A stretch of DNA of 64,000 bases, from the NCBI GenBank assembly GCA_951406725.2, contig OX597823.1:49104001-49168000 (forward strand), written 5' to 3'. This document shows, one piece after another, positions 12,126 to 25,194 of the stretch. Each line of letters starts with the position of its first letter. Position 1 is the first letter of the stretch. The stretch comes from Octopus vulgaris (taxonomy: Eukaryota). The notes below the pieces were generated by a model that ran no database searches, was not told the origin of the DNA, and saw only the letters and a program-made list of their open reading frames with translations. The position numbers and the translations under genes were made by a program.

Positions 12126-12161
<36 letters not shown>

Positions 12162-12665
12162 TGTATGTATATCTTTATATCTATATCTATATCTATATAT
12201 ATGTGTGTATATATATATGTGTGTGTGTGAGTGCGTATATGTGAGTATATATATGTTTGTATATATATATATATATACTCACATATTTCGTTTTTGTATT
12301 AGGCTTGCAAGATTCTTTATGTGAGTTCATATGTTGAAGCATATTTTATTGTGTCTGGGGAGAGTCATTCAGAGGTTGCAAGAAGCAATGAAAGTTTTAG
12401 GAAAAAGAAATAAGTAAATGTGTAGAAATTGAATTGGTGAGTGTGTTAATTAATAAGGCATTTAAACAGAACGACTCTCCCCAGACACAATAATATATAT
12501 ATATATATAGACACTTGCATCGAATACCAAGCAGTGGGGCTGAACTTTGAACCAAGTCTTATTATACAACCACACCCATGTCTGCCATATATAATGGCTG
12601 CATCTTTTCCTGATTTATGGACTCTTAGACAATTTAGACACACACACTCCCACACACACACACAA

Positions 12666-12731
<66 letters not shown>

Positions 12732-12733
12732 TG

Positions 12734-12772
<39 letters not shown>

Positions 12773-12849
12773 TGTGTTTACATATATATCCCTCTCTCTC
12801 TTTCGGAGAGGCACTGAGCAGCTATACCCATACATACACACATGGCAGT

Positions 12850-12997
12850 AACTTCCGCCTACCGAATTCAATCACAAAGCTTTGGTCAACTCGGGGCTAT
12901 AGTGGAAGACACCTACCCAAAGTGCCACGCAGTGGGACTGAACTCGAAACCATGTAGCTAAGAAGCAAGCTCCCTAACCACACAGCCATGCCTGCAC
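12850..12997 (-). mobile_element. Family A SINE 5' half
   Basis: Reverse complement of head and core. Confidence 0.75.
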
Positions 12998-13734
12998 CTA
13001 ATATTTATATTTATATTCATATATATATATAGGGCAGCCTATTAATAGAGTTATTACAGTGTATATTTGTGTGTGTATGTGTGTGAGTAAGCAATATAAA
13101 TGTCCATAAATCAGGAAAAATGCAGATGCTATATAGCAGACACTGGTCTGGTTGTACGATAAAAAGTTTACTTCCCCACAACATGGTTCAAGGTTCAATC
13201 CCACTGCATGGTACCTGGAGCAAGCACCTTCTACTATAGCCCTGGAATTAACCAAAGTTTAGCCCGGGGCTATAGTAGTATATATATATAAGATCCTTGA
13301 AGCTGGCCTAATGACTGCTTGATAACATGGCCTAATACCTGAAACCAGTAAAAGAAAGAACAGTGGAATAAAATTACTATAGAAACTAGTTTCATCTTTT
13401 ATTCTTTCCAACTCTAGTGTACTTACCTCTCATTTAAGCCCCCTCTCCCATGCAACAAAAGCTATCACTAACTTATTTCCACTATTTTTGTCTTTGAAGG
13501 AAAGGCCTTCCTCTCACAGGTTGTGTTGGTTTTCAGTTGTCATCAATATTTCTTTACTTTTTAAAACTTTTATTACACATACAAAAAAGACTAAAAAGAA
13601 GCAAGTATTAGAATTGTTCTAAACCAATGTATCTACCCTACAGCAAAACACCTGTTCCTGTCCCACTGTCATACTTTAACCTCTCATCACCTGTTATCTC
13701 TGAGAGTGTCATCATCATTATCATCATTGTTGTC

Positions 13735-14190
13735 GTCATCATCATTTACTGTTCATTTTACATGTTAGCATCGGTCGGACGGACGGTTTGACCGGAGCTG
13801 ATATGGGCCAGGGCTGTACCACACTTCATGGTCTGTTCTGGCATGGCTTCTATAGCTGGATGCCCTTCCTAATGCCAACCACTCCACAGAGTTGTATTGG
13901 GTGCTTTTTATGTGGCACCAGTACCACTGTTTTTAACGTAAGAATCCTCAGGCACCTCCTCCATAGGGGTCCTATCAGAAACAACCCTCATTAGATTTTC
14001 CAGCTGGAATCTCAAGTATGACCAACTGAAACTATGTCTATGAGCCAACCATCTCATTCTTGGTCTACCCCTCAGTCTCCTATTGGTTGGCTCAGCTTGA
14101 AGAATCCATCTTATGATTCTTTCCAGTCACATTCTAATCAGATGTCCATTGTACCAGAGCTGGGAACACTCACTGCAGAAAAGTAGCAGC
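13735..14190 (-). mobile_element. RTE-like LINE 3' fragment plus RTE-type tail
   Basis: GGATGCCCTTCCTAATGCCAACC tail motif next to (CAT)n; minus strand shows decayed WYxGHLIRM...RGRPR RTE C-terminal motif. Confidence 0.5.
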
Positions 14191-14450
14191 TCAACCACAC
14201 ACACATATCATCATCATTTTCATCATTATCATCATTTAGCGTCCGCTTTCCATGCTAGCATGGGTTATATATACATAAATTAGAGAAAAACCACTATTAT
14301 GCAATTCAATTTATATATATTATATAAATTATATAATTTATTATATAATTTATATATATTATATATTTATATTGTGAAATTTGATTTGATACTAAATTGA
14401 ATTTTTCCCTGTAAAGTTTGGAGTTATACTCCCTATTATTATTATTATTA

Positions 14451-14481
<31 letters not shown>

Positions 14482-14496
14482 AATATATATACTCCC

Positions 14497-14540
<44 letters not shown>

Positions 14541-14948
14541 CAGTGGATTCCACTTGAAAAAGAAGCACACTCTAAAAGAGCAATTATGTTTTTACATGAA
14601 GTTAAATATACATCCAGTCATAGAGTGACCAATGGCTTCACATCCATATAGCACTTACCTTTATTAACGACTCATCAGACTCCAATGGTCAAAGGCATGT
14701 AACCTCTCTTCAATATACAGGCTCAGTCAAAAGCCATCTGACAGTTAATCAAAACTATTTAATTCCAAGATTTATTTATGTTTTATGAATGAATGAATTT
14801 AATAAAAGCATCTAAATGTGAAACATCATAAAGATTGTTCAAACTGAAGTCCTTATTGAGCAACGCATTTTTCCATTCGAGTCAATACAAAATTACATGT
14901 AGTATTTATGGAATTTTGTTTTACTTGTCAGGTGACTTCTGGCCAACC

Positions 14949-15002
<54 letters not shown>

Positions 15003-15008
<6 letters not shown>

Positions 15009-15415
15009 AGAAAAGAAAATGGAGATTAGGAAGTTAATTGTTTATTATTAACAACAAATTGGTCATCTTTGCAGCTTATAGCTGCTTCAATTAATAGTCA
15101 ATAATTTAATTACAAATTTGTAAATTGAATTTACATTTATGTGGCATGAGTATAATTTCAACGGAGGAAAAAAAGATGTACCTTTGGATGATGTATGTGG
15201 TCTTACCAATTCATTTCAGCAGTCTGCTGAAATGAATTATTAACTTGCTAATCTTCATTTTATTTTCTTCTTTAAAATGGATATAAACTATATGCTTTAT
15301 ATGTACCGATTGTTTAAAGAGAATTTCATTCCCCAAGAATACTAGGTATTAAACCAGTATTTCTTTGGATGCAACCAACCCTTCGTGAGGTTAACGTACA
15401 CTCTAATAAAATTTA
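15003..15415. mobile_element. Penelope-like pLTR fold-back remnant; second copy at ~56417-56818
   Basis: 15003-15037 is inverted at 15238-15272; ~180-bp block shared with 56640-56818; minus strand GAAGCAGCTATAAG resembles the GAAACAGCTGTAAG hammerhead 3' half. Confidence 0.5.
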
Positions 15416-15679
15416 TATGTATGTATATATGTATATATATATATCAGTAAAAATTTTTGCTAGTTTATTTTGTCTCTCTGTCTTCTCTCCAAGTGCTATA
15501 TGAACATTTAATGTGGCTTTAGAGTCAGGTTTTGACTGCTATTTCAGCGTGGTGGTATCTCTCAGATACCCTAAATTATAATTTAAATAATTATTACCTT
15601 TGTGAGTTTTTTTATTCCCATGCTGGCCACTTGATAAGATCAATATTTAAATATCGATCTTATCCTTATATACATTAAC

Positions 15680-15737
<58 letters not shown>

Positions 15738-16983
15738 TTAATGCAAGTACAGAGATAGATATTTGAAATAAGGATTTAGTTCTACTGACCCTAATGCTAC
15801 AAGGGATAAACCATGAATTTACTGGCCCCTACTAGGGCCGTATTAGTAATAGGCCCCTGGGTAAATCAATGCACTGGGCCTTATTGTATTTATGAATTGG
15901 CAGCCAACTGCAATATACACATATCAGAATCAGATCCCTGGACCTATGAGGCCTCTGGATAACTACCTACTGCACCCATAACTAAGGACACTACTGCTCC
16001 CACCCTACCTTAACACCAAAACATAACATAATACGTAACAAAAGTGCCAACCGCAACCCTAAGATAAAATAATAAAATGATGTCTCTTAGGGAGGACCAT
16101 CTTTTCACCCCTTTGGGAAGAATATGAGAGAGATCAAAGACAAAAGTTTCTCTGGCAAAATTAGGGCCCAGAAACGAGGAAAAACGTAACTAAATCGCCT
16201 TGCCACCCATGAAACACACTGTGCTACAGTCGATTAGGGAACTCTTTGTGCCATTTTTAACTAAGAGATTTTAACAAGAACGAAAGTTGGTTCTGGAATG
16301 TAATTAAATGAAACCGTTATTTATCTGGTGTTTTGTTCCCTAAAAGAACAAGGGACGTGATTAAATACCGCAAGGCATTTTGCTCGTATCGATTCTGTCC
16401 AATCTACCGCAACTTTTGACTTGAAAGAAAGCAAAACAAAACAAAGAATGTAAAAGTTTGTAAAAATCTGCTAAAGAGAAAAATTAATGTCAACAGGAGT
16501 TATCTCCCTTCACATGCTAAATTCTATTCGCATTTTCTGTGCTATTTTTATTTACATTTCGGAGAAGGAAAACAATGAACTTAGCTTTCATCTAATTCTT
16601 TTCTACTCTAGATACAAGTCCCGAAATTTTGGGGGAGGGAGTCAGTCGAATAAATCGACCTTAGTATGTAACTGGTATGTAATTTATCGACCCCGAAAGG
16701 ATTTGTGTGTTTGGTTATGTGTGTGCGTCTAGATACCTGTTTATATGCACATTTTGTTGTTACTTACACATGTCTATATTCCTATCTAAAGATTTGTGAT
16801 TTCTAATCTGTGTATCATTGAATAATTCTTTATTAATATTTACCGAGAATCTGTTCACAGTTCCTTAAATAAATTCACCAACACACACTCAGATTTACGT
16901 CTCTACCTTTCTGCATATATTTCTCATTCCCTCAGTGCATATGTTTGGAAAAGAAAAAAAGGATCACACACACACACACATCA

Positions 16984-17378
16984 GGCGCAGACGTAGCTGT
17001 GTGGTAAGAAGTTTGTTTCCCAACCACATGGTTCTGGGATCAGTCCCATTGTGTATCACCGAGGGCAAATGTCTTCGATAATAGTCTTGGGTCAATCAAA
17101 GACTTGTAAGTAGATTTGGCAGACAGAAACTGAAAGAAGCCCATTGTATTTATGTTTGCATGTGTGCGCGTCCTACCACTGCTTGATATCTAGTATTTTT
17201 TGATTTACACTCCCCGTAACTTAGTGATTCAGCAAAAGAGACTGACAGGATATAAAAAAAAGACCTAAGATTGATTCATTTGACTAAAAATTCTTCAAGG
17301 CATGACCACAGACTAATGCCCACAGTCTAATGACCACAGACTAATGACCACAGTCTAATGACTGGTAAAAGATAAAAA
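16984..17378 (+). mobile_element. Family A SINE, older, with 14-bp tandem slippage repeats in the tail
   Basis: Head and core similarity; ATGACCACAG(A/T)CTA about x4 at ~17302-17360. Confidence 0.75.
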
Positions 17379-17412
17379 ATATATGTATATAAATATATGT
17401 ATATATATATAT

Positions 17413-17970
17413 TTATTCTTTACTTGTTTCAGTCATTTGACAGCAGCCATGCTGGAGCATCGCCTTTAGTTGAACAAATCAACCCCAGGACTTATACTTT
17501 GTAAGCCTAGTGCTTATTCTATCAGTCTCCTTTGCCGAACCACTAAGTTACAGGGATGTAAACACACCAGCATGGGATGTCAAGTGGTGGTGGGGGGGGG
17601 GCAAACATATATACATATATATGTGTGTGTATATATTTATATATATATATAAAATTAAATAATAAGGGTAGAAATTGATATTAATCAATTAAAACTAGCA
17701 TATTTAAAAAAATCTGAAGATTAAAAGTTGTGTTACATACAAAATTATAGAGGACTGACCACTAAAGTGGACAGCCTATATGCTAAACATAGATGTCAAA
17801 TCGCCATTACCATGAAGAATGTGTTCTCAAGAATTTTTCTTGAGATTTTCTTGAGAACACATTCTTCATGGTAATGGCGATTTGACATCTATGATTAGCA
17901 TATAGGCTGTCCACTTTAGTGGTCATTCCACTAAAATTTTGTGTATATATACATATATATACATATATAC

Positions 17971-18018
<48 letters not shown>

Positions 18019-18182
18019 GATGGGCTTTTTTCAATTTGCATCTACTAAATCCACCCACAAGGTTTTGGTCAGCCTGAGGCTATAGTAGAAGACACTTGCC
18101 CAAGGCCCAAGGTGCTAAACAGTGTGACTGAACCCAGAACCATGTGATTAGGAAGCAAACTTCTTACCACACAGCCACTCCT
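17413..18182 (-). mobile_element. Family A SINE split by a fold-back insertion
   Basis: 3' half at 17413-17600 and 5' half at 18018-18182, both on the minus strand. Confidence 0.75.
17735..17946. repeat. Near-perfect ~100-bp-arm hairpin
   Basis: GACCACTAAAGTGGACAGCCTATATGCTAA...TTCTCAAGAA is the reverse complement of TTCTTGAGAACAC...CCACTTTAGTGGTC. Confidence 0.9.
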
Positions 18183-18811
18183 ATATTATATTATCCAAAA
18201 TATACAATATTATATATCCATCATGGTTGATCTTACCAGTCAGTTTCGCGCAAAGGAATACAATGGTGTGTTAGGTAACAATCCAATTATTTAACCCTAT
18301 GCTCATCAGAATTAACTGATATGGAAGGTAATATGGCAACTGGAAAGGAATACAGTGACTGGAAGGGAATATGGCAATACATATATGTGTGTGGGGGGGG
18401 ACTGGGTGTGGGTGTATACACACACATGCAAGGCACAAAATGCAAAACAAGGTATACAAAATAGTACTTTGATACTAAAGGCAGAGTGAAATACTAGTTT
18501 ATTAAAGCCAGGAATATCCTTCACAAATTTACTTTACGCTTTGATAAAATAGTTTATTTGTGTGTGTGTGTGTGTGTATTTACAGAATTACTGAACCATA
18601 GGATAAACTACCTGCATCAGTGGTTAGCAGTTGAGACACCACATTCTTCAAAACTTCCATGCTTCCTGAAATTCACCAACAGTACGCCTGAAGACCCCAC
18701 ACAGCCTTGTTTCTTCTTTCTTTTTCTAAAAAAACTTTTTCAATGTTCACTTCCTGTACATATTCTATGTATTGTTCATGCAGTTTTGGTTACTTTTTCT
18801 GATGAGTTGTA

Positions 18812-19165
18812 GTGCACCTGAGCAGACACTAAACTCTTCTAGCGAAGACTTGTTGTGGCAAGTGAAATCGAAATTGAAATCAAATTCGATGACTGGCATC
18901 CGTGCTAGTGGAGCGCTAAGAGCACCATCTGAGCATGATCGTTGCCAGAGCAGCTAACTGGCTTCCGTGCCAGTGGCACGTAAAAGCGCACACTGCACTC
19001 TCGGAGTGGTTGACATGAGGAAGGGCATCCAGCTGTAGAAACTCTGCAATATCAGATTGAAGCCTGGTGCAGCCATCTGGTTCGCTAGTCTTTAGTCAAA
19101 TTGTCTGACCCATGCTAGCATGGAAAGCGGACGTTAAATGATGATGATGATGATGATAATGATGA
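18812..19165 (+). mobile_element. RTE-tail repeat (SINE or LINE 3' UTR) ending in (GAT)n
   Basis: GGAAGGGCATCCAGCTGTAGAAAC...GCATGGAAAGCGGACGTTAAATGATGATG; related tails at ~28000, 33500, 34050, 35620, 48720, 54740, 55850-56150, 58940. Confidence 0.7.
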
Positions 19166-19187
19166 TATATATGTATGTATGTATACT

Positions 19188-19575
19188 GGTGCAGGTGTGG
19201 CTGTGTGGCAAGTAGCTTGCTTACCAACCACATAGTACCAGGCTCAGTCCCACTCCGTGACACCTTGGGCAAGTATCTTCTAGTTTAGCATTGTGCCAAC
19301 TAAAGCCTTGTGAGTGGATTTAGTAGATGGAAACTGAAAGAAGCCTGTCGTATATATATGTTTGTGTGTTTGTATGTCTGTGTTTTTTCCTCCACCATTG
19401 CTTGACAACCAATGTTGGCATGTTTTCATCCCTGTAACTTAGTGGTTCCGCAAAAGAGACTGATAAAATAAGTACTAGGCTTACAAAGAATAAGTCCTGC
19501 AGTTGATTTGTTCGACTAAAGGCATTGCTCCAGCATGGCTGCAGTCAAAAGACTGAAATAAATAAAAGGAAAGAA
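19188..19575 (+). mobile_element. Family A SINE
   Basis: Head, core and tail present. Confidence 0.85.
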
Positions 19576-19621
19576 TAACAGAATATATATCTTTTAGTCA
19601 TGGTATAAAGAATGGCCATTA

Positions 19622-19742
19622 CATATTTTTCCTTTATTAGAATAAATTTGGCTTACAGATGTTTCCAGTAGTCATTAATGTATTTATAATGGCTACTGGA
19701 AACAGCTGTAAGCCAAATTCACTCTAATAAAGGAAAAATATT
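19622..19742. repeat. Fold-back carrying hammerhead 3' half GAAACAGCTGTA
   Basis: ~55-bp arms; palindromic helix III ACAGCTGT plus GUA triplet. Confidence 0.65.
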
Positions 19743-20012
19743 TAATATCAATTATTTATGCTTTGTCTTATATATCATGCTGTGTAAAAACCAGTTTGAC
19801 TGGTGTTCGACCATGAATTTACAATATAGAATTGTGATGGACCATAAACTCAAACCCTGTCATAATAATACTTGGCGTTCTTCACCAATCTAAACAATAT
19901 TGTTATCCAGGTGTGCCAACAGAGAACTGATAAGTATTTTGCCTGGATTGGTAATCCCTCACTATTAGCTCTGTTACACACACCCACACACACACACACA
20001 CACACATATATA

Positions 20013-20346
20013 AAGGGTAAATACCCCCTTCGGTCATGAATGACCATGGGATTGCACCTAGAAAGTTACCCTCCTAGACACAAGTCCGGGCAAGGTTGTT
20101 TTATGGAAGACCAGCAGTCGCCCATGTATACCAGCCTCCCCTCTCCACGCCACCAGTGTTATCCAAGGGAAAGACAAAGGTCGATACAGCTTGGCACCAG
20201 TGACGTCGCAACTCATTTCTACAGCTGAGTGAACTGGAGCAACGTGAAATAAAGTGCCTTGCTCAAGAACACAACACGCAGCCCGGTCCGGGATTCGAGC
20301 TCACAACCTCATGATCGTAAGCTCGACGCTCTAACCACTGAGCCAT
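20013..20346 (-). mobile_element. tRNA-headed SINE (family C), young
   Basis: Minus strand TGGCTCAGTGGTTAGAGCG box A and CTCGAATCCC box B; homologous to 45258-45572, 50681-51020 and 55470-55760. Confidence 0.85.
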
Positions 20347-20439
20347 ATATATATATATATACATACATATATGATCCAATAGTGGTAGAATCAACAAAAA
20401 GAGTATTCCATCAAGTGAGATATAAATATCAATTAAAAT

Positions 20440-20630
20440 TCACAACCGAAGAATTTACTAATAGTTTCATAGTATTATGATACTTGAACAGGCATGTTTA
20501 TAAAATATGCTATGTATCTTAAAGCGATCTTTCAGGCTTTAAGATACCTGGCATATTTTATAAATATACCTGTTCAAGTATCATAATAGCATGAAACTAT
20601 TAGTAGCTCTTTCAGGTGTATATTTAGATT
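20440..20630. repeat. Fold-back (~70-bp arms) with degenerate hammerhead-like motif
   Basis: CTAATAGTTTCAT...ATCTTAAAGC pairs with GCTTTAAGAT...ATGAAACTATTAGTAG. Confidence 0.7.
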
Positions 20631-20640
20631 TATATGTATA

Positions 20641-21030
20641 CTAGCAGTATCACCTGGTGTTGCTTGGGTTTGTTTCGACCCTTTAGAATTGGAATTTTTG
20701 AAAAGTAAAAATTTTGCATTATGCAACTTGTTATTCTCTTCAAGTGAACATTTTTCCAGTTGAAATACACCGAAAAATGGTGACACAGCAGTCAAAAATC
20801 GTAAAAAATAGGGATTTTCATAGAAAAAAAAGCACCTTTTTGCTGTAAATAATTTTTGGTGTTAACATGGTCCAATTTGAATTGTATCTTCTACAGAATG
20901 AAGAGCAAACCTTCTTCTATCATACTCTCAATTTTGGTCAAATTGCACTGCAGGGTCTCAAAGGAGATAGTGTTAGTTGAAGACTACCAAACCTGCCACA
21001 CACAAACAACTTCAGCTTTATATATATAGA
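20641..21030 (-). mobile_element. Non-autonomous Helitron
   Basis: Minus strand A|TCTATATATATAAAGCTG...AAACCCAAGCAACACCAGGTGATACTGCTAG|T. Confidence 0.8.
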
Positions 21031-21738
21031 TTTGCTACACACTACTTTCCATCCTTAATAATGAAACTTTGTAGATCCAAAAGTTAAACACACAGACACA
21101 CACACAGATACACACACAGACATACAAGTTGAGTTTTATATATATAGATTTCTCAACGGGGATTTCAGGGGAGAGTTACAGGGAGTCGCTGGCGATGTAT
21201 CGTGATGATCAAAAATCCGGCCTGCTAATATTTGGTTAAAGTGATTCAAACTGCAGACTCAACGCAAAATGATCACATTTAATTCAAAGCGTTAAAAATG
21301 TTATGAAAACAATTGGTATGTGTTCACAAAGTCTAAACGATTGATAACGAAAAAACCCTCCAGGCTATATTCCGAAAATTCATTTCTTTGCCGAATTTCT
21401 ACAATGTTTATGGCAATTCGTTTTTATATCTTGATTTTTTATTTGTCATGCAATTTATGCATGCTTGCAAGTGTGGTAAATACAGTTCACGTCAAACAGC
21501 TGACTGAGTAAAGTTCACTATTCAATGCATGGGATAAGGCCTAAACAAACACATTATCGATTTTTGCACTTGCGAGATGAATTTCGGAACAGAAATAGCG
21601 CAGTTCAATTTTCATTCGCCTAAACTTTAAGTGACCCATTTTTGGTGGTTCTACGATTTGTTGGCTAGGAGGAGATGTGCCGGGAAGTTAAACACACTGA
21701 CACACACAGACACACAAGTTGAGTTTTATATATATAGA
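21031..21738 (-). mobile_element. Two further stacked Helitron 5' segments (ends at 21148 and 21738)
   Basis: TCTATATATATAAAACTCAACTTGT occurs twice on the minus strand; no own CTAG 3' end seen. Confidence 0.6.
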
Positions 21739-21754
21739 TATGCATATATATATA

Positions 21755-21791
<37 letters not shown>

Positions 21792-22303
21792 GTTCTAGGT
21801 AAATGCTTCATCATATCTTTAATTTTCCTCTATATGGTATGATTTAAGTATATCATTGTTGAATTGCTTCATGGTGGTTCTTCTCTAATTTATATATATA
21901 TATGTGTGTGTGTGTGGAGGTGCAATGGCCCAGTGGTTAGGGCAGCGGACTCATGGTCGTAGGATCGCGGGCAATGTGTAGCAACATCTGATAGCCTGGT
22001 TGGTCATGTGAGCCTGAATTAAAAAAAAAAAGAAAAGAAATAAAAACTTGTTATTGAAGAACTTGTGCCATGATTGTTATTTTAAGTGGAGTAAGTTAGT
22101 GCAGAATCTACCCTGCTCATTCCTAATTGAGTAACTTGGACTGGTGCACAGTGTGCCATATACCAAGCAAAAAAGGAATCATGCTAAGGAAGATGATGAT
22201 AATGATGATGAAGATGATGATGAGGACAACAACAATAACAATGATGATGATGATGACAATGATGATGATGATGATCAAGAGGATTATCATCATATTCATC
22301 GTT

Positions 22304-22486
22304 GAGCTCAGAGCAGGCCCCTTGGCTTGTCAGTTCCTGTCAAACTATTCAGCCTATACTGATATGGAAAATCATCATCATCATCATCATCGTGGACGTT
22401 AAACGATGATGACGATGATTTTCCATACCAGTATAAGTTGAATAGTTTGACAGGAACTGACAAGCCAAGGGGCCTGCTCTGAGCTC
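22304..22486. repeat. Tail-to-tail fold-back of an RTE-type tail (~85-bp arms)
   Basis: GAGCTCAGAGCAGGCCCCTTGGCTTGTCAG...GGAAAATCATC is the reverse complement of GATGATTTTCC...GGGGCCTGCTCTGAGCTC. Confidence 0.9.
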
Positions 22487-22506
22487 CAATGTTTGCTTTA
22501 TATATC

Positions 22507-22540
<34 letters not shown>

Positions 22541-23506
22541 TATACAGCACTAACCATGCTCTCCATCTTTTCAACTCTTTCTTCATCCCTCTTAACTTCT
22601 CTTTACTCTTGATATCAAGAGTCTATATATGGTGATCCCACACAACAAAGGGCTTCTTGCCCTCAAACACTTCCTATACCTTTAACCCAACACCCAACCT
22701 GACACATCCACACTTCTTTTCTGGCCAAACTTGTTCTATCCCTCAACTGCTTCTCATTCAAGGGGGAGTTTTACCAACAGGTCTCAGGTGTGGCCATGGT
22801 AACTCCAACTTTCTCTGTGAAAAGGAATTAATTTCTTTCTTCGCTCCTTTGTGCCACATGGGCTCAACTCCCCTACCCTCTTTATCTGACTCCCTCCTCT
22901 CCTCTCTTGCCCTGACACCTACTTCCTCTCTTCACTCCTACCCACCTTCTCTCTTCATTCATACCTCCATCCATCCACACCCCACCTCCACCACACATCC
23001 TTACCCCACCCACACATTCTCATCCCAAATACACACCCCACTCTCACATCCCCACAGCCACACTACCATACTTCCCAGCACCCACACCATCCACACACCC
23101 ACACATTATAGACCCACATAGTCATACACACACACATTCACATGTCAAAGTCACCAGCCCCTATCCACACATACACACTTACACTCACATACACACATGC
23201 TCGCGCACCTTCACTTTGGGATCACCAGTACTTTATTATCTCCCCTTCTCCTAGGCTTTCCTGTCCAACTACCTTTTTTCAACTAGTCACCCTGATTGAT
23301 CACTAAATCCACAAGTTTTTTTTTTTATTCGCTCTCTGTTTATTTCCTCGTGTTCCTCTCTGTTGAAGAGCATAGGCTTGAAATGTAAAAGACTTTCTCA
23401 CCTTCTTGAGGATCAAACTAATACACCTGCTTGTTGTTTATACACCTGTCTTCATCTTTTGTTTTCCTGTTAATTTCAAATACACACACACACACACATA
23501 CATACA

Positions 23507-23538
<32 letters not shown>

Positions 23539-23554
23539 CACACACACATACATA

Positions 23555-25194
23555 CAAGGTGCATTCCCGAAGTTTTAAGACTTTTTTAAGGAGAGACAGT
23601 TCTAAATGTCCAAGGTTATTGTAATTTTTGTATATTATTTCTATGCATAAAATAAGCTGACCTGCCAACTTTTGTTATTCTAAATTGAAGGAAACAGCTG
23701 TAACAGCACTTTGAACACACCCTACATATCATACCTTACTGGTTTGAAGAATGCAGTTGAGACATGAATACAATTTGGAAGGTTGCTGTACAATAAAGTT
23801 TTTGTGTTAACCCTTTTTTTACCATATTTCTGTTGAAATGCTCTGTGTTTCTTTCACTTAATTTTAAATATAACAAAGAATTTAGTAAAATAACTTAGTC
23901 ATCATTGAGCTAGTGTTAGGAACATAAATTGTGACTGAGGTTTGGTGGAAGATTTTAATTCAGAACTTTTGGAAACAAGACATTTGTACTACAGAGCCAG
24001 AGATGATTTCAGCTGGGTTGGTATCAGAAGGGTTAAACAGGGCAAAAAATACTAGTGAAACTTATAAAATGCTCCAGAATGCTTATGGATTAACTTGTAC
24101 GAGCTGAACATGTGTTTTGCTGACACAAAGGACCGGGCAAATTAAGTCTATCAAGAAGCTCATGATGATCCTTTAGTAATAGGTCTCAAGTCTCCCTTTG
24201 TTTTGCTATGGAATCTTATATACCATTGTATAATATATTTTGCATGTTCACACATGGAAGTAACAAAAGAAATTAACTTTAAAATAACAGAAAGACTTTA
24301 TTCTTCCATAAAGTGGTACAATGGATCAAATAAGAAATATTACGAATTCTAGTAACCATAGGTCATCCACTATTTGAATAATTCAACTTAGGTTGTCATT
24401 AGTTACATGTGCTCTGTTATATTAATTTTCCTCTCGTAGAAAAGAAATCAGCATAACTCGTCTTAATGAAAATCACTGACCCCTCTGATTTAAATAATTT
24501 GTCACGTGAATTTTGGGAAAAGGTAGACTCCAGAGTGCAAACCAATTAGTTGTTACAGAATGTATTACGTGCAATGTAATTAGACCTTCAATCCAAATCC
24601 CATGCAATACTCAACCAACCACAGCACAAGACTCATCCAATGGTCAAAATTCACATGATGGGTAAAATGACCAATCATTACAGATTACTGTGCTGAGCCT
24701 ATAAAGGGCTAATTGTCTTCAATATGCCATAATAGAAACTGATAATGATACAATCCTCTTTTTCAATATCGAGGGATTCATCTACATTCACTGGGTTCCC
24801 TCTGGACAGACAGTCAACAAACAGTACTTTGTATAGCTTTTGAAGGAGTTCAGGAAGAGATTCCATCACAAAAAGCTAAAGAGTCTGCAACAGGATAAAG
24901 CACCACTCATCAATTCCATCCTGGTAACCAACTACTTGACATTAAAACAATGGGCATTAAAACATCTCTCACCCCCCTACAATCCAGACTGTGCTCCCTG
25001 TGACTTTTGGTTGTTCCTCATGCTGATGGAGGCTGTGACAAGGGACCTGGACATTTTCACTTTGGAGTTGATCGAGTGCTACAACTAGAGCAATAATATC
25101 AGAGGATCCTACTTTGAAGGAGACTAGAGTTTTGTACTTCATCGAAATTAATGAATGTCTTTCTTGGAACAGTCTCAAAACTTCTGGAATGCAA

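Noticed and set aside
14541-14951. Tc1/mariner-like MITE between TA tracts
   Set aside because: The right end looks like a TIR (...GGCCAACCCTG|TA) but the left end does not match it
22657-23121. 154-aa His/Pro/Thr-rich ORF
   Set aside because: Low-complexity CA/CT-rich sequence, TTG start, no recognisable domain
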